DNA of 64,000 nt from Camelus dromedarius. Lineage: Eukaryota. The translations under genes were made by a program, and so were the position numbers. Below are positions 12,960 to 25,350 of this stretch, piece by piece. Every line of letters starts with the position of its first letter. Positions within the stretch are counted from its first letter, which is position 1. The stretch lies in contig NC_087437.1 in the NCBI RefSeq assembly GCF_036321535.1, positions 54,562,001 to 54,626,000 of the forward strand. The letters run 5' to 3'. Under the pieces are notes generated by a model. The model saw only the letters and a list, made by a program, of their open reading frames with translations. It was not told the DNA's origin and searched no databases.

Positions 12960-13782
12960 TCTCTAAATGTGACCTTGTTATTCCAGCTCCCCAAATCTTC
13001 AGTTGTTTCCTTTTGCCTATAGGAAAAAGCATGGATTCCTGCTTGGCATTTGAGGCCCTGTATGATCTGTCCTTGATGTTGGTATAATATGGAGATGCCA
13101 TGATGTAGCAGTTAAGAGCCAGACTTTGCAGCTAGGCTGCCCCATCACCAATTAGCAGCCTTACCTGGTCAGGTTACTGAACCTCTCTGTGTTTCAGTTT
13201 CCTCATGTGTAAAATGGGAATAATATTATTCTGGGGATTAATGAGTTAGGATTTGTGAAGGTTTACCAGTGACTTGGTCATAATCCATCACATAAAAAGT
13301 GATTTATTAATTTATTTGTGTACCTTTCCAGCTCCTCCACCGATAGTGTTTCTCTCAGGTCATTCCTCAGGTGGTCCCCTAATTTTCCTGCCTCTGTGCA
13401 GTTAGGACCCTCACCTTTAAAATATTGGCTCTCTCATCTCTGCCTGTCCAAATCTTAAATCATCCTTTTGAGGCCAGGCTCAAATGCGTCTTTATCCATT
13501 TCTTTCTTCACTCATTCACATATTCTTCATTCCTCTAACAGATTTTTATAGAGCATCTGTTGTGTGCCAGGTGCCTTATCTAGGAAGGCTTCCATGGTCT
13601 TCTGAGCCAGGGGAGGTCCAGCATGTCTGCCACCCTTTGACATATCTCTGTCGACGTTGCTTTACAGTTTCTGATGGGCTTGTTTGATCTCCTCTACTGT
13701 GTAGAATATTCGCTTTTGAGAGTAGGGTGCTTATTAGTAGGTGCTTATTAAGCTTCATTTAAATTGAATAAATGAATGAATA
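12960..13782 (+). mobile_element. L2 interrupted by a MIR (about 13095-13315) and an antisense L2 tail (about 13495-13580)
   Basis: L2 blocks 'ctgcttggcatttgaggccctgtatgatctg', 'gaggccaggctcaaatg...aggaaggcttcc' and tail 'ttgaataaatgaatgaa'. MIR core 'ctctctgtgtttcagtttcctcatgtgtaaaatggga'. Confidence 0.65.
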
Positions 13783-13844
13783 GAGAGTTACCCGTTGCAG
13801 GTGTTTATTACCTTCTAATAATGGCAAGAAAATAGGAACAACAT

Positions 13845-13915
<71 letters not shown>

Positions 13916-13918
13916 GAG
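13845..13918. repeat. Compound microsatellite (TG)n(AG)n(ACAG)n
   Basis: Directly visible. Confidence 0.95.
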
Positions 13919-13919
13919 T

Positions 13920-14430
13920 GGGAGAGAGATTTTGAATGGGAAGAAGCAGGAGGCTAGTTCTGAGGGTAAAGCCACTTCCAAGTTGAAGAAAGGCAAAACG
14001 ACCGGAATGAGAGGAAAGCTGCAGAAGTAGAGAGAAAAAGGATGAGAGAGTAAGTTATCCTCTGAACACGTAAGGCATTCGCTCCAAGAAATGGTTTTCC
14101 TTAAGTGGTATAAAATGCGAAGTGAGCTGGGTCTCACTTTTCCTTTCCCTCTTTGGGAGGTTGGAGCTGATTTTTAAAATGAGGTGGGGGAGGGAGGTGG
14201 AGTTTGGAGAAGGAAAGTGAAAACTTTTCTGAACCTCTCTCTGCCAAGTCGTTCCCCTGGAGAGAGCTGGGGCGGGGGGGGGGGGGCGCCAGAGCTGACC
14301 AGAGGCACGCAGACCCACTGGCTCTTTCTTTCATTAGTCCTGGTCACGCTCCTATCCCTGTTCTCCACTTCCAAACACCTCCTTCTTTCATTCTTCTTCT
14401 TTTTCTTTTTTCTTTAAGCTGTAAGTATTA
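13920..14430 (+). promoter_or_regulatory. Candidate alternative promoter / non-coding first-exon region
   Basis: Repeat-free and purine-skewed. GC box plus G13 run at 14269-14286. Consensus donors GTAAGT at 14050-14055 and 14421-14426. Confidence 0.35.
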
Positions 14431-14899
14431 CAAGTGGGAAGCTGGGGGGAAACTTAAAGCAAAACACAAAGTAAGACCATTTCAGTCTACAATTAGAGAA
14501 GTGATGTGTTTTAGATCTATTTACCTGATCTGGTTCCCCCTGGGAGCTCCCCTCCTGCCACCCCTCCTCATTTATTTTCCCAAACTTCTACCCACTTTAT
14601 GACTCAGAGCCAGAGAGGAGACTCTGACCACACAGTGGGATTTGAGAAGGGAGCAGGGCAGTTTTCAAGTGCTGACTCTAGAGGTTTAACATGAGCAAAT
14701 TCCTGGCCTTTTTCTTCCGATGATTTTTTTTTTTTTAATGCCTCTTGAGCTTACTGCTATAGATGCTTTGCTGTGGAAGGCACAAAGTCTCAGTGATGAG
14801 CCTGCACTGATTGAGTGCTTGCTGTATACAGACCTCGAACTCCATGGGGGAGGGGATGCTGAGATAGGAAAACTGGACCTCTGACTGCAAGGGCTTGGG

Positions 14900-14901
<2 letters not shown>

Positions 14902-14931
<30 letters not shown>
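14902..14931. repeat. (GT)n microsatellite
   Basis: Directly visible. Confidence 0.95.
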
Positions 14932-14933
<2 letters not shown>

Positions 14934-15019
14934 ATGCACACAGTGGGTGCTGGTGGGAGACTGGTTTCTGGGGTGGGTCAGGGAGCAGGTAGATTGATGT
15001 GTGGGTGACTGATGATCAC

Positions 15020-15385
15020 CTGGAGGCTGGCTGTAAAGTGATCAATGACACGGGGGAGGGCAGAGGGTTCTGTTTGCTGCCACTGGGGAAGGCTCCCCTG
15101 GGGGATGTGGTGCTGTAGTCCTGAAAGATGTCTAGGACTTCAATAAACAAGGAAGAGAGACACGTATCTTCAAGACAAAGGGAACAGCTGAGGCATGAGA
15201 AGGCAGAGAGGCTTGGGGGTGGCAGGCTGCGTCTGGAAGGTGCATGGAGCTGAGGTGAGGCATGTGTGTTATACATCACAGCAGCGGTAAATGCCCCCCA
15301 GCAAAAGTTCAGGGCTTTTTTCCTCTGTGAGCAGTAGGGAGTGGTTCTGGGTTTTAAAAGGAGCTGCCATAGGATTACTCTGGTG
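15020..15385 (-). mobile_element. L2 internal fragment (degenerate)
   Basis: 'gggaaggctcccctgggggatgtgg...ctgaaagatg...ttctgggttttaaaaggagctgccataggattactctgg' follows the antisense L2 pattern. Confidence 0.5.
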
Positions 15386-15479
15386 CATGTGTGCATTTTG
15401 TTTTGCTTTTCCTTTTTAATTTTCCAAGTCTTTTTAGGAAATGTGAGGCAACCTTAACTCAGGGAAATGTGCACTGCCT

Positions 15480-15951
15480 GCCTCTCTCCGTCTTTCTTTC
15501 CTCTTCCGGCCTGGCTCTGAGCCTCGTCTGGCTTCTGATCACGCAGTGTGGCAGGGCCGGCTCCCGGGAGGCGGTGTGAGGTCCCTGAGTGGACCCCGGG
15601 CCCGCTCCTCAAGGTTCGCCATCCTTCCTCCTCCTCCTCTTTCCCTCTTGCCAACCCCCAGCCGCAGCTGCCACTCTCCCCTCCCTAAAATAAATAAACC
15701 AGTCGCTCCAAAAGGTTCCAAGCACATTAGTCACATATCCCAGAAGTTTAATACAGAATTATTTTGACAGCGAGAACAAGAAGTGTTTTCTAGCTGAACG
15801 CACAGAACTTGCTGCTTCCAACTGGGCTTTCTGCCGCAGAGACAGATGATAGGGTTTTTAGATGGCTCGGCCGCGCAGGGGACTGCGTCGCTTCCCTTGG
15901 AAACATGACAGACTGCTCACTCCCGAAGTGGCTGGGGAAACGATGTGAAGT

Positions 15952-15983
<32 letters not shown>

Positions 15984-16520
15984 GAGAGAGAGAGACTGAA
16001 ATTGCGTCCTGATTGAGAACATAACTTTCTCCCTAATAACTGCCGTCAGCCACTGAGAGATTTCTGTGTGTTTGTTGACTTCTTTGGCCACCCCTGGAGC
16101 TGTGAAGTACTTTTTTAAACCCAGGCTTATGGGTGTTCTAAAAGATGAGGACAGAGCGAGTTACTGCCATGCGGGTGGCTCTCCAAGCATTCCAGTTGAA
16201 TAGCTCTTCCAGAAATATTCCTTGACTCACTTATTTAGCACTGTCGGTTGCCGTTACTAAGCAGATTGGAGAGTCCTCCCCGTGCGTTCCCCAGGCTTGG
16301 CTCGGGCTGACGTGGACCTGCTGATTCCTGTTTGGCACACGGAGAGGTGGAGGAACGCAAAGCTGAAGCCGCTGGTGCCCCACGGGGACTTTCACCTGAG
16401 CTGCCAGAGCACCGTCTTGAAGAGCCAGGGGCAGAAGAAGGGTGTGCTGTCCTTTCCCAGCTCCGTTCCCCCTTCTCCTTCAGGGCCCCATCGCTGAGCA
16501 GGGAGAGCTTTCCAACGGGG
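15480..16520. promoter_or_regulatory. CpG-enriched, repeat-free promoter/enhancer-like block
   Basis: Local CpG retention (ccggctcccgggaggcgg, ccccgggcccgc, cggccgcgc), a GA-repeat at 15952-15995, and no recognisable transposon. Confidence 0.45.
15952..15995. repeat. GA-rich polypurine tract
   Basis: Directly visible. Confidence 0.9.
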
Positions 16521-18044
16521 TGTGAGGACCCAGGATGAGCTTGGAGGAGAGAGGTTAAGGATGTCCCAGACCTGGGATACCTGTTCCTTCTGGCTCCCAT
16601 AATCCTTCTCCTCAGCCTTTCTGGGGACCGGGCTGAGCCCTCCAATTGTAGTACCCACTCTCTGGAGCTCTCTTACCCTCCTCGTTGTTTCTCATTAGCC
16701 CCTTATTCCCAGGCTTTGGTCCAAGAATTGCCTGTGGTCCAGACATTAATGTCTGTATGACCTGGACAGTAGACTCACTGGGCTTTGGTGTTTTCAGAAC
16801 CTTCTCCTGCATGGAATTCTTTTTAAAACTCCTCATGAAGCACCATGAGAAATCCCAGTACAGGCTTCTCCTGCTCCAAAAGCAGAGCATTTCTATAAAA
16901 CCTTTCAGAGGCAGGGGATGGAGCGAAGAGAAGAGGCAGCTGCAAACTCTGAGTGCTCTTTTTGCTTTTCCCCTCTTTTTGTGAAAGCGAAAATTCTCTT
17001 CAGCTTTCTTTCTGTTAGGACAGGTACTCATGCGGGTCTTTCAGAAAAGGGAAGTGGTGTAAAGAAAACTTTGGAAAAGTAGGGGAGACCTGTATATAAA
17101 ATAACCGAAGTATAATTATATGATGGTGCTGTCATTAAATGTCACTAAACGGTTAAAGAGGCTTCCATCCAGGGCCAAGTTATCACCCGGAACCCTGTGC
17201 CTCTGTGGAACCCACTTTGAAAACCGTTGTGTTAGAGGTGCTTCGAGAGCTCTGGCAACCCTGGTGACCGTGGTTCTGGCTTCTCAGACTTTCTGCCTCT
17301 CTGGACCTCTCTCCAGGTTGAGAAAGTAGTGCCTGTACAGATGAGGAAGATGGGCCCCGTGGGAGATGTGACCCTTGCTCGCGTCCTCACCCTGGCCGTG
17401 AGACCCCGCGTGACGAAGGCCTTTCCGTTTGCTCACTTCTGGTGGTTGTTCTCAGGGGTCTTGTCAGCCCCCGGCCTCCCCACCTGGGCCTGGACGTGTG
17501 CCTGCCTGTGGCCAGCCCCTCGTTAGTACCCGTTACACTGGGCTCAGCGGTCATCTCAGTAAATGCTTGCCACACTATTGGGCTTACAGTCTCTGTCTCC
17601 GAAACATGTTTGAGAGGAGTGAGTAACATGGCATTCAAGCCATTTTTAAGGGACCCTTTTTTTTCTTAAAGTGCTGATTTTTTTTTTTTTAATGAGAAAA
17701 GTGAAGAATAGGCCGTCTGTCATTCCTCCCCTGATATTTATGCAGAACCTACATTCTGGTGGCACTTTACAGTTCCCCAGAGAAGGGTCTGACCTTTCTG
17801 ATCATATTTTACATTTTCACATTGCAAGACGATTTCTAAAGAGCGTTTCCAACTAAGATCTCATTTGAACCTCACAATAACTCAACGAGACTCAGCAAGG
17901 TAATACATGTGTGATCAGAGTTGGGCTCACAGTTCACAGTTAGGTGGAGAAGAATCGTGGGGTGTGAACCTGAGGCTCCCTGACTCACAGCATTGCCCCA
18001 AACCATTCCTTCTCCTTGTAGCAGGGATTATGAATGAATATGCT

Positions 18045-18230
18045 ACTAACAGCTACTGTTTCTTCAGTGCCTATTTACATGTCAAACACTGCTAGGCAGA
18101 CACTTTGTAAAAAGCTCGTTTAATTTCTTCATCTACTGTCTAAGGTGGAGATGATCATGTCCAGTTGGCAGATGAATCACTGGAGATATTGAGACGACAG
18201 ATAACTTCCTCAAGGCTCTCCTTCACAGAA
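18045..18230. mobile_element. MIR SINE
   Basis: 'cagtgcctatttacatgtcaaacactgctaggc...tcgtttaatttcttc...gcagatgaatcactggag...taacttcctcaagg'. Confidence 0.55.
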
Positions 18231-18460
18231 TCTGTGAACCTTGTGTTCTCACTGGGACAGCTTGCCTCCAGAGGCCTTTCAAATAGAGGCTGTGATCTCT
18301 ATCATCCTTGGTCCTCAGTAAGGGGACAGAAGTGACAAAGCTAGTTTGTGGGCGACCACATGCTGCAGGGAGGGCTGCATATGGTTGAGGGTTATTAACG
18401 GGGCATTTTCTCTCTCTGCTCTTGGAGGCCATGATGTCTCATGCAATCCCTTCTACTTTC

Positions 18461-18619
18461 TTTTTGTTTTTAATTAATTTTTATTATTTTTGTAGAGTAT
18501 TTTTTTAGGGGGGGTGGTAATTAGGTTTATTTATTTATTTTTGAAGGTGGTACTGGGGATTGAACCCAGGACCCTGTGCATGCTAAGCGTGCGCTCCACC
18601 ACTTAAGCTATACTCCCCC
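18461..18619 (-). mobile_element. Camelid tRNA-derived SINE (Vic-1 type), long-tail form
   Basis: Minus strand reads ggggagtaTAGCTTAAGTGGtggagcgcacgcttagcatgcacagggtcctgGGTTCAATCCccagtacc (Pol III A and B boxes). It is followed by 'aaataaataaacctaattaccacccccc' and a second A-rich tail. Confidence 0.85.
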
Positions 18620-21600
18620 TGCTTTCTTCGGAGATTTTATGTGCTCTGTGTTGAAATTACCAATCTGCCTGCCATTGGGCAAGTCATTTCTATTTCTGGG
18701 TCCTTGGTTTCCCTTTCACTCAAAAGAACTATTCTTTCCTCCTCTGGTCATTCTGTCCTTCTAAGTTTACACTTCTGGGGAATGTGCTTCTTGAGGTCTC
18801 TTTGTATAAATCCTTTTAAAAATATTGTTGGGAATTATGGCTGCTTAGTAAATTCTTGATTTAAATTGAAATGATAATTGCAGGTTATCCCTATTTTCGA
18901 AGAGATTTTCAGCTTCTGAAATGCGATTAGCAAAAGTTTGAAAGTCTCACACCACATGAAGAGATAGCTAAGTCATATCGGGAAAGATGAATGCCTAATA
19001 TTCTGATTGGTTTGCCCTTGTGGCCTCCTAACCTTTTCAGTGTCAGTTTTGCCTTTGTAACTCTTCTGTTAGGGCCACTATCCTGTCCTCCCCTGAACAC
19101 ATGTGTGTGCATTTCTCACTTCTTGAGAAAGAAGCTCTTTTCCATTTGTTAAACTTGTCACTTTCTCCACAGAATCTGGTTAGCGTACCTTTGGGTGAGC
19201 ACGAGAAAAATCTATTCCTCTGTGCCAAGTTCGGGGCGTGAATCAGTTCCCCCTGCCTTTTGCATTTTAGTAAATGTTTCCTAGATGGATTCATTGGATT
19301 TCCAGTAAAGACAAACAGCTCAGAAACCAGATTGCATTCATACCCGAGGCCTGAGTTTTGTGACCCAGACACTGGAGCCCAGTTCCATATATGGCCAAAA
19401 GAGAAACAGGAGCGCGGGTGCAGGGAGAATGCCAGACATAAAATGCATTCCTAAGAAATGTGCGTTCGCAACTGACAAAACAGGACCCTCATTGGTTTCC
19501 ATCTTCTGCAGAATGTGAACTGTGACGTTTGCAGAAAGAAGCCAGTGTTCCAAGCATCTGCCACAGGGAACAGTTTATTTTCCCTTTTCTTTTTGGTCAC
19601 ATGTAGGTTTAATTTGGAGTCAGTGTTGAAGTCAATGCTAGCAAGGATTGAGGACTAAGAAATTATTCTTGGAGTCAGCAGATGTGGGTTCTCAGCCCAA
19701 TATGACCGCCATCCAGCTGCGAGACTCTCGCTGGCTGTTCTTCTCAGTGTCAGAGTGGCAGGCCTGAATTTGATGATCTCTGAGATCTCTGCTATTTCTG
19801 TTTTTGTTGGTTCTAATTTTGCCTGAGATTTTCCAGTTCCTGTGGAATTCCCCACAGAAAGTAGTTTCTAATTCTTCCAAATACTCTCTGTGGTTTGAAC
19901 TTAAAAAGACAAAATAAAAACCCTGGTCTTGAATTTTTCTTTGTGATTTCCTTAAATATATCTTGGACACATTATTGGCTTTCACTTGGCAGATCACGTC
20001 TTGCTGAGGGTGGAGATGATTGTATTTACTGCGTCTTCAAGTTCCTCCCCCTCCCCTTGTCCGTCTTGGTGGAGAAGACATTTGGGCATGGCCGACGCAG
20101 AGCTCTATGGACAGGTGTGCACTTGGCAGACGCAGCCTTGTAATGGCCTTCTTAGTTGTCAGCTTCTCTTATCAATTCCGCCTTCCCTGTGGGAGAAGCA
20201 GGACCGGCAGGAGGCAGCTCTCAAAACTACCTCACACCTCAGGAAATGGAACAAGGGACGTGAAATTGAGGAGTTGGCTTTCCAGTTAGTAATTGGATGA
20301 GTCATTTGCCTGTCACAGATGTTCAGAAGGTTAAGAAAAAATAAAAATGCGAAGTTCTGGCCCTAGAGAGGACGCCAGGAATTTCTACTTTATGAGACCA
20401 CGCATGATTTCTAGTGCTCCTCTTTGCCTTTATAGATTCTGTAGTCTGCTGTCAACAGATTACGAGAGTCTTGCTGCAAAAGTTTGTTGATTTTCCACTC
20501 TTTTGGGAAGGGGTTTTAGCCAGAGTTGACCTCTCCCCTTACTGTTCCAAAATCATGGCTTTAGTTTCTCAGCTGAGAGAAAGGGAGCTTTCTGTGCTCC
20601 TGGACAAAATATTGCAGCCCTTGGGATTTACTGTCTTGTTGGCAACCTGTGCCCACCAGCCCACTGAGCGATTGGAAAGGCGTTGCTCTGAGGAGGCCAC
20701 GTGGTTTGGCAGGCACTCGGGGAGGCCCTTCCTCCCCACTGAGGCTTGGCCCCAGCGCCCCTCTGCCTTGCTGCCACCGCGCTTTTGCCAGGAGCTGGCG
20801 TCTCCATAGAAGTCCGCCAAGACTTGGGTGGAGAAGAAGGAAGCACCCAAGTACTGAGAAAGCAGAGAGCGACCGATCGAGGGAAACTGGGAGCTCAGAG
20901 GTCTGTGCTGTGATGGCACCTGGGCCGTGAGCTCGCTCCGTGACTTGGTCAGGATGCTTTAAGTCTCTGCGCCTTCACTTCTCCATCTGGAAAGTGAAGT
21001 GCTGGTGGTCCCTGGAGGTCTTTTCTACCCTTGAAAGCATGAGTTTAATTTGTGTTCAGATTGTCTCTTCATGTCTCATGCCCCTCCTCCTTAACATCCC
21101 CGGTCATTCTGAGCTCGTCAACTTGCACAAAGTTCTGACCGTGCCTCCTTAACGTCAGAGAGAACACGGTCAAGATGTTTTTTCTGTGGGCTCCTGCTCG
21201 CTGTACTATTACGGCCAAATTCTTTAGTATATATTGGTCATAATAGTGTATATTATATGTGTATATGTACATGTATATATGGTGCTTGTCCGTCCCCCTT
21301 CACAGTCTAGTTCCCACTGATGTTCTGTGTTGGGAGCTGGGGGCCGCAGCACCCTCTCCTGCACGTGTGGCCGTCACCCTGACTTTGAGCTTGCTGGGAG
21401 CCCTCTGGTGCCGAGGAGGCGGGGGTGTGCACGTGCAAAGAGGACATTGCGCCTGATGAGCAGGCAGCGTTACTGGGGCTGGAGTGGAACTGAGAAGAAT
21501 GAATCAGGGTTCTGGGGCTCTGTGGTCGAGTCTACCAATAATTTAGGGGATATTAAAGGAAAGTGAGCATAGCAGAAGTGAGTTCTGCTTTGGTAAAAAG

Positions 21601-22299
21601 CACACATTTCAATGGTTACAAATGCTTGATGCTATTATGAGAAAACCACAGGGAAGACCAATCTTATAAACAGTAATAACTTATTGCCAGTGACAAGTCC
21701 TTTGGGGAGTATGATATGCGATGTAGGTTTCTACGCGGCTTTCCAGTGGATGAACCCCCTTCCCTGCCCATTAACTCATCAGATCCTCACAGGCAAGGCG
21801 GCAGGCTAAGGGATACACCCGCACTTCACTTAAGAGCAAAGTGATGCTCAAATAAAGTTGAAGAGGTTGCCCAGGGCCACATGGTAAAGAGATGGCATAG
21901 TCAGGATTTGTCTAGTCCTCTTATGCCTGCACTGTGCTTCTTGCTTTTTGATTTATCCAGTAAATCAGGATAAACACATACACACACGCACACACCCACT
22001 TCTCCCATCAGAGGCTTGTTGAGGCTGGTGTTTAATTAGTTGTGAATTGTGTGAGCCATAATATTTGGTGAATCAGTCTTGGTGATTAGTAAGGTGATGT
22101 GACAGTCAGTTTACTTTCACAGATGAATTCTCAACTAGGGCACCATGACAGAGAACAGAACTGAGGATTTTAGTTTTGGACTGTTTGTTCTTGCATGTGT
22201 ACTTTCATTTACTTAAGACAACAAAGGGCTAATGATTATCAAACATTTAATATGTGCCAGGCCTGGTGCTCGGTGCTAATCCATAGATGTGAATCATAA

Positions 22300-22480
22300 A
22301 CCAAGGGTTGGAAAGGACTTTAAAATTTATACAAAACACTCCATCTTCCCTCTCATCCATCAGCTCCTCCTCAGAGACTCTTGCCTGGTGATAAGCCCAA
22401 CTGTACTGGACTATTACTGTGATCTCTTACAGTAGTGGGTAGTTGCTTTAAATGTTGTCATCTTTAATGTTTAGAGATAT
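22300..22480 (+). mobile_element. L3/CR1- or MIR3-like remnant
   Basis: 'ggttggaaaggactttaaa', with a related 'gttggaagggaccatagag' at about 22822-22840. Highly degenerate. Confidence 0.35.
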
Positions 22481-23869
22481 AGTCAAACCTCCATCAGCGG
22501 TAATTCATGCATCTGTTAAGTGGCTTTACGAAGCGGAACCCTTTCAATTTGTGTTTTCTTCTTAGAGTAAGTTCCTTGGGTTGGCTATCTGCTCTTGAGA
22601 GAGATTATTAACTTTCATTTCTCCTAAAGTTTCCTCTTGTATGATTCTAGAAGTTGAACATTGGGGAAATAAGCCCATGCTGTATTCTTTCCTCTCGATT
22701 TCATTTTGGGGACCAGAATTATATCTATATAATTGCTCAGATTTTGGGTCATGTAGGAACATATTCCTGCACATGATATTTGAAACCTATTTATACTTTC
22801 TTAGAAACACAAAATCTTCAAGTTGGAAGGGACCATAGAGGTTCTCTCAAATAGTCCTAGATTATAAATTCCTTGAGGTTGGGAGCTGTGTCAGATTTAT
22901 TTCTGTACCCTTTCTTGCTGCAACTCCCAGTGCCAAGTGGCCTTGGTAGAAGAGTTGGATTGATTGCATTTGTCATTTTTTTGTGCTTTCTTTGCCCCTT
23001 ACTCAACTTGTTGAGTCATTGGGAGGAGTGGCATGGTGTGATAAATAAGTAAATGATGGGGTTTTCCCTCCTCCATAGGACTTTAGCTGTGTTTAGATTT
23101 AAGAATGCTGAGTAACTAATAAAACATGATTCCAAAGCACTCCGCAGATGGAAAATGCTTTATGTGTAATAAATTATAATGGTCTCTCAAGATTAGGAAC
23201 AGGCACAGAAAGAAGTGCCGACCTCGCAGGCTACAGGAATCTGACAGACCTCACGGTGGAAGAGTTGATGCTGACTGCTTTCATCATTTTGTAATTAGCT
23301 TTTCCGTCTTCCGGTCACTGTCTGTTCCTCATTATGGGCAAAATTACTTTCTGAACTAGCTAGGAATTAAGCCTTTTCCTTATCCTTAGAAGAGGGACTG
23401 AAGGAACACCGTGGAAATTGACACTTCTAGACCAGACTTTAATTCAGTGCCTAAAGCCAGGCTTTTCTAGATCCTGTCCTCTTCCTCAACTGTTGTTTCT
23501 CTGAAGGAGTCTGTAGTCACTGCTGCTGCAGTTCCAGAGCAATGGTGTTGTCCAGAGTGGAAGCTGGCATCGTTCTCTAAAGGAGACAGCGAAGTGCCAG
23601 GGCCCATCCTGGCTTTGAAACACCAGTTTCAGATGGGTTCATCTGGGCAGTGGCCTGCCTTTCCTTTGTCCTGAAGTGTAGGGCAGTCTGATTCAAATTT
23701 GGTGAATATTTGGTTCCTGCGCACCAGGAGCCATGGCTCAGTATGTTTTCGCCTGTGTTATCGCACCTTATTGAAGTGAGGGAACTGAAATATGAACAGA
23801 ATCTTGCTATTTTTCTTGGTGTCTCTGAAAGCCTCTCTCTTCTCAGCATCAGTCACCCACTGCAGCTGA

Positions 23870-23975
23870 GCATTATTCAATCAGTAAATATTTATTCAGC
23901 ACCTACTGTATTCCAGGAGCTCTTCTTGGTGCTGGTTGGTGAATAAAACAAAGCCATGTCAAGCTAACATTTGAA
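23870..23975 (-). mobile_element. L2 3' end
   Basis: 'attcaatcagtaaatatttattcagcacctactgtattccagg'. Confidence 0.7.
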
Positions 23976-25139
23976 GGATTTAATGAAAGTATGATTACAA
24001 AAAAAAAAAAAAAGACTTGACAGAAGTATGCTTAAAGAAAGAAATGTGACAAACAACACACCAGCTCTTTCTTTCTGACCTTTCCTCTTTCTCTTGTCTC
24101 TCTTTTTTTTTTTTTCTTTTTGTAACCTGACTCAACCCACTTTGTTCTCTCACCTTGTCTTGCTAGAAAGCCCCTATTTTCTTCTCATTCCTTTCTTCAT
24201 CTCCTCTTCACGTCTGCTTGTAATTTGTCCATGGAGGTGCAGCAGATGAAGCTTGAGGCCGCCTTGATCCCCATTTCCTGTTCCCTCCCTCTCCGCCCTG
24301 TGCTCCTTCTCCAACGCCAGGCGTGGGGTGATTGGCTGTCAATTGGAACCTGGAGGGAGGAGTGGCTGGTGGCTCTGGGGCTTCTGGTTGCCCACCCAGC
24401 ATCACTGCATTGTCAGGATCCCGCTGAAGAGACGGATGTGGCTCAAAAATCCTAGGTGCCCCAGCAGATTGTGAGCTCAAAGGGGCTTCTCTCAGGAAAT
24501 CTTGCTTGATTTTTCTCCTCCCTTAATTCTTACCGTGAGTCTCTGCCAGAAACGGGCTCGGTAAATTTGGTTTCTTTTCCTTTTCTGAAGTCTCATGTCT
24601 CTTCATCTGGGCTTGACTTAATGGGGCTTACTCTTTGATTTCATGGCTATTGTGCCCATTTCTTCCCTCCCTTGGAGGCATGGACTATATGTCTGTGTGT
24701 GTCAAAGTGTGTTCAAATGAACTAGGGATGGGGGGAGCATTTTCCTTCTATAAAAATTAAAACGAATTCCTTGTTCTGGGATGAGGGTCTTGGAGTCATA
24801 TTTAATACTCAGTCCTAGATTTCAGTGGTTCACATACAAAGAACTGACCTCTACATTGACTAAGTGGTTGACGTTTCAAGTGCTCCTGGATTTCCACTCA
24901 CATCTGAGGTTTGCAGATGCCTGACCATCTCTGGGTTATTATCATCCACCCCTAAAGTAGATATTTGGGAATGGGACCGTGATAACTTCCTAGTAGATAC
25001 AAAGTAGAACTTGTGGGAAGACAGAGCTTTTCTTCTCTGTCCCAATGATCTTGACCTCTAACTTCATGCTTTACTTCTTGCCTTCTGTTTCTGTGCTGAA
25101 TTCCAGCCCCCAGCCTCTCTAGCTAGCATGATAACCCTT

Positions 25140-25350
25140 GTTTCTTGCCCATGTACTAAATGTCAGGCACTGAGTAAGTTGCTTTCCATACTTCTTTTAA
25201 TCCTCAAAGCCAGCCCGTAGAGTAGGTACTAGTATTTTCTATGTTGGATGGACGAGGAAACTGAGGCTTAGCGAGGTTTAAGTACCTTGCCCAACATCAT
25301 ACAACATGTGATGGCAGGCTCTGGGTTAGAAGCCAGATCTCTCAGACACC
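25140..25350. mobile_element. MIR SINE
   Basis: 'atgtcaggcactgag...ttaatcctcaaagccagccc...gacgaggaaactgaggcttagcgaggtttaagtaccttgcccaa'. Confidence 0.8.

Noticed and set aside
18545..18619. tRNA-like sequences at 18.5, 40.3 and 43.4 kb
   Set aside because: They have A and B boxes but also A-rich tails, TSDs and degraded stems, so they are SINEs rather than tRNA genes.
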